Positions 25,110 through 39,364 of a DNA stretch of 64,000 nucleotides are shown here, piece after piece. The position numbers and the translations under genes were made by a program. The notes beneath the pieces are model-generated. The model was given only the letters and a program-made list of their open reading frames with translations, had not been told where the DNA came from and ran no database searches. Where the stretch lies: the NCBI RefSeq assembly GCF_009914755.1, contig NC_060937.1; one strand, 5' to 3'. Origin of the DNA: the human T2T-CHM13v2.0 reference genome, Homo sapiens. Numbering within the stretch: position 1 is the stretch's first letter; the number at the start of each line of letters is the position of its first letter.

Positions 25110-25930
25110 CCCTGTTACTTCTCCACTAACCTCAGGACATACCAATTCTTCTAAAATGCTCAGCTCTCTCAAGCTTCTGTGTCTCTCCAAATAATGCTGT
25201 TTCCCTTCCCTGCATTTCTTCCTTCTCCACCGTATTTGACTTGACTAACTAATATCTAGCAGAGCTGTCAACCAGTTCTAGTCAGTTTTTGCTGCTGTAA
25301 CAGAATACCACAGACTGGGTCATTAATAAAGAAGAAGAATTCATTTCTCATAGTTGTGGAGGCTAGAAAGTCCGAGATGAAGGCGCCAGCAAATTTGGTG
25401 TGTGGTAGGGGTTGCGCTCTGCTTCCAAGATGACGCTTTGATGCTGCATTTTCAAGATGGGAAGAATGCTGTGTCCTTGCATGGCAGAAAAGAGTGGAAG
25501 AGAACAAGCCACTCCTTCAAGAATTTTTTATAGCAGCATTAATTTATTCATGAGGGTGGAGCCCTTATGATCTCAGCTGCCATGGGTCCCCACCTCCCAA
25601 CACTTGCACTTGGGATTAAGTTTCTAACACATGAATTTTAGGGAACACATTCAGACTGTAGCACAACCCCTCCAGGAAAACCTTTCTGACCTCTGCTACC
25701 ACTGACTCTAGACTAGGCTTGGTATCTATCCTTGCTTCCCGGCATCATGTACATATCACCATTATAGAATTGACCACTATGTCAGAAATGTCCTTCATCA
25801 CATGGCTGTCTCTGCTTAGACACTGCCTCCTCCTAAAGATTAAACACTCATGTTCAAAAGTCTTTCTTCATGTCAGAGCACAGCACCACAGATATAGTAA
25901 ACGTTCAGAAAACACGTAGTGAAAGGAAGA
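25110..25930 (+). mobile_element. L2 3' fragment split by a MaLR LTR
   Basis: Pyrimidine-rich L2 3' sequence on both sides of 25274-25663, ending ...ATAGTAAACGTTCAGAAAACACGTAGTGAAAGGAA. Confidence 0.55.
25274..25663 (-). mobile_element. MaLR solo LTR (MLT1A1/MSTC-like)
   Basis: TAGTCAGTTTTTGCTGCTGTAACAGAATACCACAGACTGGG...ACATTCAGACTGTAGCA, with 5-bp TSD CAACC on both sides. Confidence 0.88.
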
Positions 25931-27074
25931 ACTTTAACGCTGAAAATGCTCTTTCCTAGTAACCTCTAATCATGCATTTGAATAAAATCAACATGTATAT
26001 AGATATATACACACATATACATATATATATATATTTGTTGAACATTTACCAGTTTAAACAGTGTATTAGTTTCTAAGCATTGTTCTTAACAAAATGGTAA
26101 CACGTGTTTTCTGTCAAGTAAAGACTACAAATGAAATGGTTGATATCAGAATGACGCACATATGTAGAGAACAAATCAACATGTGTACCCCGACATCCAA
26201 AACAATCACAAAATAGCTTTTTGTGTAGGAATGTATGAATCGCACGATGTCAGTCCTTAAATGGCACTGCATTGGCAGGGAAATGTCATGACATACATGT
26301 TGCGTGACGAAGGAAAAAAGCTATGAGCTCAAGTTTAGGTCTCTGATTTTAGTTCTTCACAAATCTACTCACCTTCTGTTTCTAATTTGCTTTAGCTCGT
26401 CTCTTTATTCAGTTTTCATTTGAGCTACTCTTCTCTCAATACAGATCCATATGGTGCTCCCTCTAAGAAAGCCTTGGTAACTTAGAGCAGCCAAGTGGCT
26501 TCCCTCCCAGACTCTGTAGTCCACTCAACGGCTCGTGCATTCTCACCAGATGCTGACTCTCAGCTTTAAGAGGGTTGCTGAGAGGCATATTCGTCAACGA
26601 TTGCCTTATGCAACAACTGGCCATCTGTCTTGCCATTGCTCTAAGAGGCTAGAGATTCAGTTTCCAGACATTTCAGATTCACAACATGCACTTTCAATAA
26701 ATGTTTCAAAGATGTTTAGATTAACAACATTCTGCCAAATGATGTTTACTAAAGTTATTTTGAGATTTAGTAACAAAATCACAAAACAAAGGAAAAAACA
26801 TTGATGCTGTCATTCATGCATACATGTAGCAAATTTATATCTATGAGTTCTTCATATGGACAGCACACAATATATGTTTACAAATATGGACACAAAATCA
26901 GCATACGTATGACTACTACTGGCTATCTGGTTCGATATAGAAGGTTTTGGTGTAAAACAATATTTTTCCACTTGTATGTAAGAATTTTTTAAAGTTACAA
27001 GATATGGCCTTAGACATATTTTGAAAGAAGCAGTGTGTATATTGTTTGGAAACACATTAAAATATAAACTAACT

Positions 27075-27180
27075 CTAAGGGTGCAGGGGGCCACCATGGT
27101 ACATGTATGCCTCTGTGGCAAACCTGCACTTTCTGCCCACGTATTCCAGAACTTAACGTGAAATAATAATAATAATAAAA
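27075..27180 (+). mobile_element. Very short 5'-truncated L1PA 3' end
   Basis: GGTGCAG...CACCATGGTACATGTATGCC...AAACCTGCAC...CCAGAACTTAA followed by an (AAT)n tail. Confidence 0.8.
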
Positions 27181-27309
27181 TCACATTTAATGAAGCACTG
27201 CAATTCTTCCAGTCAGGAGTTTGAAATAGACAGAATCATGGTTTGAAATGACTAAGATGGTGAAAATGGGCATAGAACTTATCTCTATTAGGTGCTTCTA
27301 TGCAAATAT

Positions 27310-27440
27310 GACTTAAGTACCATTTTGCTCACTTTATGGATGAGAAAATTGAAGTGTATAATTAGAAAATCACCTGACTAAAGTCATAAACTTATCAAGG
27401 AAGTAATAGGCTCTGAAATAGAACTGATACAAATCCCAAA
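27310..27440 (-). mobile_element. MIR core fragment
   Basis: CACTTTATGGATGAGAAAATTGAAG...CACCTGACTAAAGTCATA. Confidence 0.5.
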
Positions 27441-27464
27441 GTTGTTTTTTTTAAAGAAAAAAAA

Positions 27465-29590
27465 AGGCTTTATTTAGAATATTGGATATCCAGTCAACTG
27501 CAAATATTTAAAGTGTAAAATTTGATGTTTGGTATTAGTAAACATTTGTAAAACCATGACCAAAATTAGGAGTGGAATGATTGCTCCCCAAACTTTGTCA
27601 TAATCTTTTTAACTGTTTTGTCCCACTCCCTCACTACCATACTTCGTCTCCAGGCAACTACTCAACTACTTTCTGCCCCTAAACTCTAACGCGTGTTTCC
27701 TAGGATTTAATATAAATGGACTCACACATCAATTGCACTTTCTTGCCTAACATATTTCACTGGCATTCTTAATTTGAGAATCATCTATGCTGTAGTATTT
27801 ATGAATTGTTTATTCTTTTTATATTGCTGTGTAATATTCTATTGTATAGCTATTCCAAGTTTGTTTATTCATCCTCCTGATGGACATTTGAGTGATTTAC
27901 AGTTTTTGGCTATTACAAATAAAGGTTTTGCAAACATGGGTTTATTTGGATTTGTGCAGACATATTCTTATTTTTGTCTTCCCGAATTATCCAGGGGTGG
28001 AGTTGATATAATGGTAGGCAAATGTTTACATTTTCATAAACTGCCAAACTCTTTTCCAAAGTGATTGTATCATTTCACATTTTTTTCAGCTCTATGTGAG
28101 TGTTCCTGTTCCTTGAAATTCTCACCAACACTCAGAATGACCAGTTTCTAAAAGTTAGTCATTATAGGAGGTGTCTATTTGTATTATGTTGCAGTTATAA
28201 TGTGCATTTTTCTAACATCCAATAGTGGTAAGAATCTTTCCATGTGCTTATTTGCCATCATTATTTTTTTCTGTGAAATAACTATTCAAACTTTTGCTCA
28301 CTTATTTTAATATTATTGAATTTTAAAAATGCTTTATATAACTTGGATATAAGTCATTTTCGAATATGTGATTTGCAACCTGCTATAGTGGCTTCCCACA
28401 AATTTTTACATGTTGTGTTATCATTTTGATTAAGCTCCAAATTCTTTAAAATTTCCCCTATAGTTTCTTTATTGTTCCATAGGCTATTTAGAAGTGTGTT
28501 ATTTATCGAGATTTTCAAGGGATCTTTCTGTTTGATCATCATTTAATTCCACTGTGGTTGGAAACATGCTTTGTATGACTTGAAACTTTTTAAACATTTG
28601 ATGTGCCTTAGTAAATGTTCCATGTACAATAAAGATTGTATATTTTCTACTGTTGTTTGATAAGATTGTTCTAAAATATCACTTTAGTGAAATTGGTTGA
28701 TAATCTTATTCAAATCTTCTGTATCCCTACTGGTTTTCTGTCATTCTATAAATTATTTACAGTGGGATATGAAAATATTTAACTATAATTGCAGATTTGT
28801 TTCTGCCTCCTGGCAGTTCCATCCATTTATACTTTATGTATTTTGAAGTTCTGTTATTAGATGCATAAAGTTTAAAACTGTTATGTCCTCTTGATTAATT
28901 GTGACCTTTATCATTATAAAATGACTTGCTTTACCATGATGATATTTTTCATTCATTCTCAAAACTGTTTTATGTGATATTAATATAGCCACTCCCGTTT
29001 TCTTTTGACTAGTGTTAGCATCATATATCTTTTTACGTCTGCTTACTTTTCAGCTATTTTTCCATTCATGTTAAAAGTGACTTTCTCATAGGAAGCTTAT
29101 AATAGGGTCATAATTTGCTTCCAATCCAACAATTTCTTGCTTTTGCTAAAGGTCTTTAGACAATTATCATGTAATGTGATCATCAATATGGTTCACCGTA
29201 GGTCCATCATTTGTTCTCTATGTGTCTGCCTTCTTTTTTTTTTCTTTCTATTTTTCTGCCTTATTTTAAACTATTTCTTATGATGCAATTTTATGTTCTT
29301 TATTGGATTTTAGCTATACCTCTTTGTTCTGTGATTTTAGTGGCTGTTTTAGGGTTTATAGTGCACATTTTTAAGCTATCACAACTTACCTTCAGGTGAT
29401 ATGCCACTTCATGTTTAGCACACGTTTGTTCATCTCTAGAATATTCTATGTCTCATCTCCTGAAATGTGTACTATTATAGTTACATATTATCTTCTATCT
29501 ATTTCATAAATGCCACATTACCTTGCAATTACTTTTGTTAATATAGTAAACTTCCTTGTAAAGAAATTTACATTTTAAAAAATCTTAGGT
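27465..29590 (-). mobile_element. Old L1M (MD/ME-like): 3'UTR and ORF2 end 27465-28380, joined to ORF2 5' region 28385-29590
   Basis: CCAGGCAACTACT, TGATGGACATTTGAG, TTGCCATC and EN-region TATTTAGAAGTGTGTT, AATATAGCCACTCC motifs. Residual peptide NNTLLN..W..E at 28354-28542. Confidence 0.82.
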
Positions 29591-29611
29591 ATTTACCCAA
29601 GTAGCTATTCC

Positions 29612-30990
29612 CTTGGTCCCTGATGAGGTTGAGATGACTGAATCATCTGCCTCAAGGAAAATATTTAAGGGTATAGCAGGAAAACTCAAAGATGAACAAT
29701 ATTTAATGTCATATTTAATATTAAAATTAATGCAAAATATCCATGATGAACCCAATGTCACCCCTTAAAATAAAATTGGGATGTGACCGTGCATGGCCAG
29801 GGCCCTGAGACTCAGGCCATGGGGAGGCACAACAAACAAACACAGCTCTCACTTGCAGCTCTGCAGACAACGCTTGCTCTGTCATTTGGGAAGATGACAA
29901 GTTGTTTCTGCTATTTACAGAGGCAATTCATAGCAGGGACTGGTAAAGAAAAGGTTTATTTCTTAACAAATACATTATGTATATTATTTAAACTATAAGA
30001 GAACTTTGAGTAATTCAAATTTTATACATTTTTTTTTAAATTTATCATTCATGAGATTTAATAAAATATCAAATTTTTTCTGAAAAAATATTTTTAAACA
30101 GCAAAATAAGCTTATCAGGAATACGCATGTTTATTGACCTAAGACTGTCATAAATAGCTGGCTGTTATTCACTTCTTTATATTTAAAAACATATTTTTCA
30201 CTTTTTTTTAAATGAAATATGCTTGGAAACACAGTGCATACTTTCATGTCATTTTTAATGACATATTTTATAGTTTAATGTAAATTTTATGTATGCCTAC
30301 TTGTTATGTATTATAATTTATATGAAATAAGTTAATTGTTATAAATTAATTAAATATTTATTGTATGGTATTTTTACATTAATTAAATATGCATCGTTAA
30401 AGTGTATATATTTTAAGTTTAACCGAAGTTTGTAGACAACAATAGCGTCTAAAAAGCCAAGTAGTTCAATGTTTGTAGAAAGAAGGAATATGGGTATAAA
30501 AATGCATCTGAATTATAGAGATAATTAAAATGCTTGGCCAGAAAAACACAGTATCTCAGCATTTTGATGAAACTGATCTTAACATAAATGAGTCGCTAGG
30601 ATTGATCTTATTAAAACAAAATAATCAAATTCAGAGTTAACTAAACAATTTTGAGTTCCAATAAAAAAATCAATAAAGTAGAAATCAGAAATTTTAGAAA
30701 CCAATAAATATATAGATGATGAAGAATATAAGAAGCTGCAGTTTGAAATGTTAGTAGTACACTAAGATGGCCACCAATTACTTGTTTAAAATTAAACATT
30801 GTAATAGAACATGGGCATGTACAAGAAAAATATACAATTTCATAAAAAATATTTCATATAATATCTGAATATTTTTAAAAGGCCATTCAGAGAAATGATC
30901 TAATCGTGAGTTGATTCATGGGAACAGGCTTATTTATTCCACAGAAGGCTTGTCTTTGTTTGTTTTCTGTAAACACTTTCTTGCCTACAT
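29612..30990 (+). mobile_element. hAT (Tip100-like) DNA transposon remnant: MER96B-like terminus plus transposase N-terminal relic
   Basis: AAAATTAATGCAAAATATCCATGATGAAC matches MER96B. Downstream peptides RWPPIT, IEHGHVQ and NRELIHGNRLIYSTEGLSLFVFCKHF resemble a TTF-type zinc finger. Confidence 0.6.
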
Positions 30991-31089
30991 AAAACAGAAT
31001 AAAATATTTGCAAGTTAAAAAAAGGAGGAAATTTTAAATGTTGGAAAAAATTTAAAGAGAATTTGTGTCTATTTGAATTCATAATTCAT

Positions 31090-31885
31090 TTTCATACTTT
31101 TATAAAATGTTTTTAGAAACATTTTGCTTGCTGGAAATTTATGATTGGGTGCCAAATATTGTAAATTGTATATTGTCAGGTGCTGCATATTTTGTATTCT
31201 TATAAATATTTTTAGTCTTTGTTTTGGGACACAGCTAAGCTACGAATAAACAGTTTTATCTGTTTGGTTCTTGTTTTGAAATTATTTAAGTAGGATTAGT
31301 GCAGTATTATAAGACTAAGTAGAGCCCGCTATGGAGGCAAACTCCTCTATGCACTTTCCCCAGTTCCCATAAACCATGAGGTTTTCCAGTCTACCTGGAG
31401 GGAACAGGGACTATCCTGTGCCCAATGTGAATGATAGGCACCTTTCTTTCTAATCATTTTGGGTGGTTCTTTTACTCCTCATAGCATGTGTTTATTCGCT
31501 CTCAGATACACAAAGGGGATTTCTGTAGATCTCTAGGCTCACTCCTCACAGCTCTCTCCTGCCCAGTACTCCATTCTGTGAACTCTAGTCACCTTGGCTT
31601 CTGACTCTCAGCTCCATCTCCTCCACTCAGGGAGTTTGCTGGACTGCTTCTTGGCTCAGTTCCTCTAAGTCATGGCCTGGAGACTATCAAGGCTATAAGC
31701 TAGAGTTATTGTAGAACTCACCTTATTTGTATTCTACCTCTTGGGGATCATTGTTCTTCACTGCTTGAAGCTCAGGGTCTTGAAAAGTGTTCTGCATGTG
31801 TGCCATCTGTTTTGGGTGTTGTTCATATTTCAAATGTAAGGGTAAATCCAGTTCCTTTTCCTCCATCTTAGTTGTAAGTGGAACC
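31090..31885 (-). mobile_element. Old L1M 5' end (L1MC/MD-like)
   Basis: The minus strand begins ACTTACAACTAAGATGGAGGAAAAGGAACTGGATTTACCCTT, typical of L1M 5' termini. Confidence 0.72.
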
Positions 31886-32074
31886 CTAAGCTAAATATTA
31901 TTTCTATAAAATATTAAAACAATAACTACAACAAAAGAAATGGTATTAATAAACTGCACCAAAAATTGTATTAGCTACTACTGGGTGGTGTCATTAAAGA
32001 TTGGGGGAGGCAGAATTTTCTTTTATATTGTATGTTACATTGTATTTTTTTCCTTTGAAAATCACATGCAATTA

Positions 32075-32602
32075 AACAGACACATAGATCAATAGAACAG
32101 AATAGAGAACCCTGAAATGAATCCACATATATACAGCCAACTGATTTTTGACAAAGATATCAGGAACATTCATTAGGGGAAGGACAGTCTCCTCAATAAA
32201 TGGAAAACTGGGTATCCTTAAGCAGAAGAATAAAACTAGATCCTTCTATTTCACCATACACAAAAAAAAAAACCTCAAAATGAATTATAGACTTAAATCT
32301 GAAACCCAAAACTATAAAACTACTGGAAGAAAACAAAGGGGGAAATGCTTCAGGACACTGATCTGGTAAAATATTTTACGAATGAGACCTCAAAAGCATA
32401 AGAAACAAAAGCACAAATAGACAAATGGGATTATATCAAACCAAAAATCTTTCTGCATAACAAAAGAAATAATCAGTAGTAAAAAAGGCAATCTCTAAAA
32501 TAGGACAAAGTGTTTGCAAACTATTCCTCTGACAAGGAATTAATATGAAGAGTGTACAAGGAATTCAGATAATTCAACAGAAACAAAACAAAACAAAACA
32601 AA
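32075..32602 (+). mobile_element. L1MA/MB ORF2 3' fragment
   Basis: AACAGACACATAGATCAATAGAACAGAATAGAGAACCC...CAACTGATTTTTGACAAAG. Confidence 0.88.
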
Positions 32603-32607
32603 TGTCC

Positions 32608-32686
32608 CACAGCATTTCAGCCTGGGTGACAGAGACCCTGCCTCCAATATATATATATATATTACACCCGACCATATAACCCAACC

Positions 32687-32749
<63 letters not shown>

Positions 32750-32765
32750 GTGTATGTGTGTGTAT
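32608..32765 (+). repeat. Alu 3' stub followed by (TA)n and (TA)n(TG)n microsatellites
   Basis: CAGCCTGGGTGACAGAGACCCTG, then TA runs and about 20 TG units. Confidence 0.85.
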
Positions 32766-32869
32766 ACATAATGCACATAAACACAGTCAAACAGCACATA
32801 ATTCAGAGGAGGATGTCTATAAGATTTTCAGGTAAAACCTCATTTATTTAACTAAAAGGTACATTTTAT

Positions 32870-33590
32870 AAGTCTGCAAATATTAATAGGGGTGTAGTGC
32901 CATCTTATCATTATTTTACTTTGCATCATCCTAATGAATAATGATGAACATATTTTCATGTCTTATTTGCCATCTGTATATTCTTTTTTTGAAGAATCTG
33001 TTCAAGTCTTTTGCTTATTTGTAATTAGGTTGCTCATTTTTTAAATGTTGAGTATTAAGATGTTTTTTAAAAATAAATTCTGAATTAAAAATTCTTTCTA
33101 GATATGTGATTTACAAATATTCTCTTCAAGTCTATAGCTTACCTCTTTATTGTCCTGACTTTCTAACAAAAAAATATTTTTTCTGTTCTCCAATCTGTCT
33201 TTCTTTGGTGAGATTTGCTTGTTGTTTCCTATTAATGAACTCTTTGCATAACCACATTGATGAATTATTTTCTTTTTTTTACAAGCTTTATATTTTGTGT
33301 TTTACATCTACATTTATAATAGATTACTAGTTAATTTTCATATATGATGTGAGGTTCATTTTTTTAAATATGTGAATATCCAATTTTTCCAACAACATTT
33401 ATTGAAAGGCTATTCATTCCTCATTAAATTACATTTTCGCTTCATTTTAAAATGAATTTATAACATGTGTGGATATCAGGACTCTCTCTACAGCTCTTTT
33501 GATAAATTTGCAGTACTATATTATATTGTCTTGCCTACTGTAGCCTTCTACTAAATCTTAAAATTGTATAGCATGATTTTCTTTTACTTT
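32870..33590 (-). mobile_element. L1M ORF2 3' fragment
   Basis: TATTTGCCATCTGTATATTCTTTTTTTGAAGAATCTGTTCAAGTCTTTTGC and ATCCAATTTTTCCAACAACATTTATTGAAA. Confidence 0.8.
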
Positions 33591-33908
33591 TTTTGTTGTT
33601 GACACAAAATATCACTAGATTACTTGTCATCTAGGCTGAAGTGCAGGGATGCAATCATGGCTAACTGTATCCTCGACTTCCTAGGCTCAAACAATCTTCC
33701 CATCTCAGCCTCATGAGTAGCTGGGGCCACAGCCACGCACCACCATGCCTAGATACTGTTTTTTTTTATTTTTTTTATTTTTATCTTTAGTGGAGACGAG
33801 CTCTTGCTACATTGAACAGACTCTGCTTGAACTCCTGGGCTTAAACAGTCCTCCCTCCTAGGCCTACCAAAGTGCAAGGATTACAGGCATGAACTACTGC
33901 AGCCGGCC
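33585..33908 (-). mobile_element. AluJ (Jo/Jr-like)
   Basis: Diverged dimer with J-type CTCCTGGGCTTAA and CTAGGCTCAAACAATC. Confidence 0.9.
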
Positions 33909-34149
33909 ATATAACCTAATTTCTTAAACTTTATTCTTTCTAAATCATCTTAGCTTTTCTACTTCCTTTACCCTGCCATTCACAGACCTGACTGACCAAT
34001 TTGAGGATGAACCTGTTTGGTTCCCTGCTAATTACCTCTGGTTTTTAGAGAACCAGATTGTTTGCTTCAAAGTATCCTATGAACATCAGGTGAAAAAGCA
34101 AAGGTACGTGCAGTTCAATGAAAGTATTCATGTTTGCAGCTAGGTGTAG

Positions 34150-34340
34150 AGAAGCTACAGGATGCACCCCAGATCACGTGGGTTTTGTTGCTGATGTTTG
34201 TTTGTTTTTAAATTAACGCCATTGCCCAAGTGTGAATCCCAGTTAATACAAACTACATCTCTATGAATGGGAGTTGGGCATCTTTACCTTTTAACATCTT
34301 CAGGGGTAATTTTGACATTAAGCGTACAAAGAAGCACTGC
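34150..34340. mobile_element. MER5-like hAT fragment
   Basis: CATCTCTATGAATGGGAGTTGGGCATCT...TTTTAACA...GGTAATTTTGA...AGCACTGC. Confidence 0.45.
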
Positions 34341-34584
34341 TAAATAAGTAGTTTGCAAAGTAAAGATAAAGGCCATGATATCTTCTAAAGAACATTGCAG
34401 TGAGTACTGCCCCAATCAGCAGTGTTTATGCTTATCAGATACGTGCAGTATTACCACTTCCGTATTAACTTGCTCTGCAACACCCTGCTCTCTCTTCCTC
34501 TTAAGTGCTTACAGGAGTAACTATCTCAACTGGGAAAAGCTAACAAATGATTTTTTTTCTTAGAAGCTCTTAGGAAGACTTCTT

Positions 34585-34810
34585 TTTAATATAAATACAT
34601 ATTTTTCACTTTTGTGGTTACATATTTATGTAATAAATGTACATATTTATGTAATAAATGAGATGCTTTGAAATAAGCATGAAATGTGAAATAATCACAT
34701 CATGGAGAATGGTGTATCTATCCCCTTAAGCCTTTATCTCTGTGTTACAAACAATCCAATTCTACTCTTTTAGTTATTTAAAAATGTATAGTTACATTAT
34801 TATTGACTAT
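34585..34810 (-). mobile_element. L1MA (MA1/2-like) 3' end with an internal 21-bp tandem duplication
   Basis: AATAATCACATCATGGAGAATGG...GTTACAAACAATCCAATT. TACATATTTATGTAATAAATG occurs twice. AAGACTT...TTTTTAAT flanks are TSD-like. Confidence 0.85.
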
Positions 34811-36104
34811 AAGACTTACCTTTTTTAATGATTAACCTAGCTTACACATTTATTTATAAGTAAATAATCTGATAAGAATATTTTCAGATATGTTCTTGTT
34901 TTAATAAGTGGATGAGCTTCAATAATAAGAAAGGATATAGAAAAATAGTGACAGTAGAAAATAAATCCTTATAAAGTTATTATAGTAATGACTTTGATTT
35001 TATAATTGCCCAGTTTACCATGAGCTGTCAGATACTTGCACTCTTTCAGTGTGAATGCAAATTTCACCTCATTTGTAATTACAAAAATATTCACTTCAGA
35101 AGCAGAATAAATAGAAAGAGCCCATTCCCAGCAAAAAAAAAGAGGAAAAGTGTTACTGCTTCTACTTTTAACATTCTTTACAGCAATTCATCGTTCACAC
35201 ATTGTAACATCATATCGAACATGAAATAGTACACTTAATGTCTGATAAAATGTTCAGATTGGAATACTCATAAACATATTTTGAATCGGAAAAGCCTTAA
35301 TTCACATATCACCACACTTTAGCTGTAAATATAAATCCTGACTACTGTCCTGCTGCTTGGTAAATGCCCCTAAGAAGAGAAACTCTAAGCTTATAATTTA
35401 ATGTATTTGTTTTCTTCAATTGAAAACCACTGGGATTCAGCCAACTTTCACACCATGGAAAGAAGCACATTTTTCAACAAGATTCCCTTGAAGCCTTCTG
35501 GGTGAAAATTATCATTTAAAAGTCTTCCTTTTGCTTGTGGTAAATATGTTGTCACGGGCAATACAGCAAATGTAGCCATAAACTCACTAAGAAAAGTCTT
35601 ACTACTGCATGATTATCAGGCACAAGTTGAATTAACTAGGATTGTTTTGAAGGAGTAAGGAAGTCTTATACTTTAAAGCATTGTGTACTGTTTGATCTCA
35701 TGAAAGCTCTATTTATGGATGTTGATAGTTAAAGTTGCCATAGCTATGAAGAGAATCACCTTTGGGGCTAGAGCAAAAGGGATTTTTAGATTGTTTTTGT
35801 TAAAGGGCTTTATCATCCAGTTTATACAGATTCATTAAATTCATCACCTGGTAAAGTATATTGCATTATGATCTTCACAAGATTATCACCTGCCTTTGTG
35901 AAGCAGAAGAATGTCAATGGTAATTATGAGGCTATTATCATTTGTCACAGATAGCTTCCCCCTTCATAGAAATAAAGTGCTTTTATGTGTAATATTCCAT
36001 TTAGTTTTGTAAATTAGCAACGTTTCTGTGAAAGAAAATGTTATCATCCTCATTTTATTGAAAGAAAGTAACAAAGACTTGAAGGGGTTAAGTGACTGAA
36101 TATA

Positions 36105-36990
<886 letters not shown>

Positions 36991-37129
36991 ACAATGCGGT
37001 TATTCAGACAGACAAAAGTAGATAGAGCTCAGAGTGACAGGGTTGTGTTGTGAGTAAGGATGTGTTCTCTGAGACCAAAATGTCTTTGTTTTATATACGA
37101 GCTTCACAACCTGCTACTCATGGGACCCT

Positions 37130-37272
37130 CAGTGATAAAAATGAAGATGATAATAACAATGATGCCATTTCAAATGGAATCATTGTGATGATTGTGTTAG
37201 TTAATTCATGACAAGTCCTTAGACCTGTAACTAACAAGCAATAAGTTTTCAATAAATGTTAGCTATTATTGT
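37130..37272 (+). mobile_element. MIR 3' part
   Basis: TAAAAATGAAGATGATAATA...TCAATAAATGTTAGCTATTATT. Confidence 0.65.
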
Positions 37273-38114
37273 AATTGCATAACTTTGGACACTAGTCATA
37301 TTAAACACTTTCCCATATATTTATTATCTTCTTGAATTTATTCTCTTGTAGAAAAATGTTCATGCTTAAATATACTGATATTATCTAAGAATTTTTATTA
37401 CTGATTTGAATAACTTTTATAGGGTTTTGGAAGCAAATGCCGTCAACTGTTTCAATCAATATTAATATAAACAATTGTGTATAAAAATCAATAATGAAAT
37501 TTTAAAAAAATTCCTAGGAATGAGACTTTTTATAAAATTTACTTATTTTATGTTTGGAAGGCTAGGCAACACATTGAAGGAGGGTGTTAATGAGCCAGCC
37601 CATATGAACAGTGTGGTGCCCAAATTTCCTATGTCTGTGAAATTTCATGGCAATCTGTCAAAATTAGCCAAACTTGTTTCCATTAAATACACTGGTGGTA
37701 TTCAAATAATTTAAGTTCTGGTTCCAAATCGAATATAAAACTGTGCTGAATATAAAGAAAAAGGAAACCTCAAAACCACCTTCAAAACATATTGAAGCCT
37801 TAAAATATTTCTGGACTTTTTAAAGGGTCCCAAGAGTAGAGAACAAAGTTTGGTGACAGTGTTTTGAAATGAACAGACAAGGGCACTCTCTGGACATAAT
37901 CCCTCAGGCCAAATATACTGTGTAATTTGGCTGACAGCACCATTTCCAATTTCTATTTTGCTTAACTCCAATGTGTTTAATAAAATGCAACAAAAAGTAA
38001 ATACTTACTTCAGTGAGCTTATTTTTCCAAAAGCAGCACTATGCATCCACCTTATGTACCCATAGTAAAACTTTTGTTATTTTTATACAATTATTATAAA
38101 TTTTGGATTTTATA

Positions 38115-38490
38115 TTAATTCATTAATTTAACACATATCGTGAGGGCTTGCTGTATACACAGCACTAATCTAGCCACTAAGATCATAGGGTTGAGCAAGA
38201 GAGAGAAAGATTCTGCTTTCATGATATTTATTCTGTTGGGAATGTTGACAACCTTAATGGTAAATAAGTGAATGAACATGAGATATAATTTCAGGTCATG
38301 GCATGAGCATTGAATGATAATGAGGCAGGGTGAGGGTATGAACAGAAACAGATGTACTGTCATTGGTGATCAGAGAAGTTCTCTCTGACCAGGATAGAAG
38401 CCCAGAATAAAGGAGAAAATAAGGATGCAGTCATTTCCAGAAGAGATTTTCAACCAAAGAACAGAAAATTTTAACGCACTGAAGATGAAT
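38115..38490 (-). mobile_element. L2a/b 3' fragment
   Basis: ATTCATTAATTTAACACATATCGTGAGGGCTTGCTGTATAC...GTGATCAGAGAAG. Confidence 0.7.
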
Positions 38491-38913
38491 GGGTGATTGA
38501 TCTCAGGGATGAGGTTATACTTAGGTCATTACATGTGGTTTTAGGCCTGTGTGAAAAAACATGAAGTTGTTCCAAGAAGAGTTTTTGTAAGGTAGCCTCT
38601 AAACCTTTCTAAGCTCCCAGTTTAATTTCCAAAGAGCCCACAGTGGAAAAGGACAAAGCATTGGGAATTATTGCAATCATTTTTTGTATGCTCTCCTTTT
38701 TTAGTATAGTGTGCATTCCTCAAAGTAGTAAATAATGGTGTTTTACTCATCTCATAGGGCAAAAGATTCTAGATCTCTGTGGGGTAAGTCAGGCATCAAG
38801 TCAATGTGTGTTGAATGAAATATTTTTAAGTCCCTGAGATTAAGATCATTTTGTTCCACAGAACAAAATGGAGCCACTGTTTAAACCTGTTGTTACACAT
38901 TTTCCATACCCAG

Positions 38914-39364
38914 TGTGACCCTTAATACTGAGTGTCAACTTGATTGGATTGAAGGATGCAAAGTATTGTTCTTGGGTGTGTCTGTGAGGGGGTTCCCAAA
39001 AGAGATTAACATTTGAGTCATGGACTGGGAAAGGCAGTTCTACCCTCATTCTGGGTGGGCACAATTTAATCAGCTGCCAGCATGGCCAGGATAAAAACAG
39101 GCAGAAGAACATGGAAAGACAAGACTGGTTTAGTCTTCTGGCCTATATCTTTCTCCCCTGCTGGATGTTTCCTGCCCTTGAACACTGGACTGCAGGTTCT
39201 TCAGCTTTGGGACTCATACTGGCTTCTTTGCTCCTCAGCTTGCACATGGCCTGTTGTGGGACCTCACCTTGTGATCATGTGAGTCAGTACTTCTTAATAA
39301 ACTTTCCTTTATATCTACCTCTATCTTATTAGTTCTGTCTCTCTAGAGAACCCTGGCTAATACA
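38914..39364 (+). mobile_element. MLT2A1 solo LTR (ERVL/HERVL)
   Basis: TG...TAATACTGAGTGTCAACTTGATTGGATTGAAGGATGCAAAGTATTG...CTAGAGAACCCTGGCTAATACA, 451 bp. Confidence 0.93.

Noticed and set aside
26283-26294. 12-bp palindrome ATGTCATGACAT (and CATTGAC-GT-GTCAATG at 51612-51627)
   Set aside because: Short enough to be expected by chance in 64 kb.
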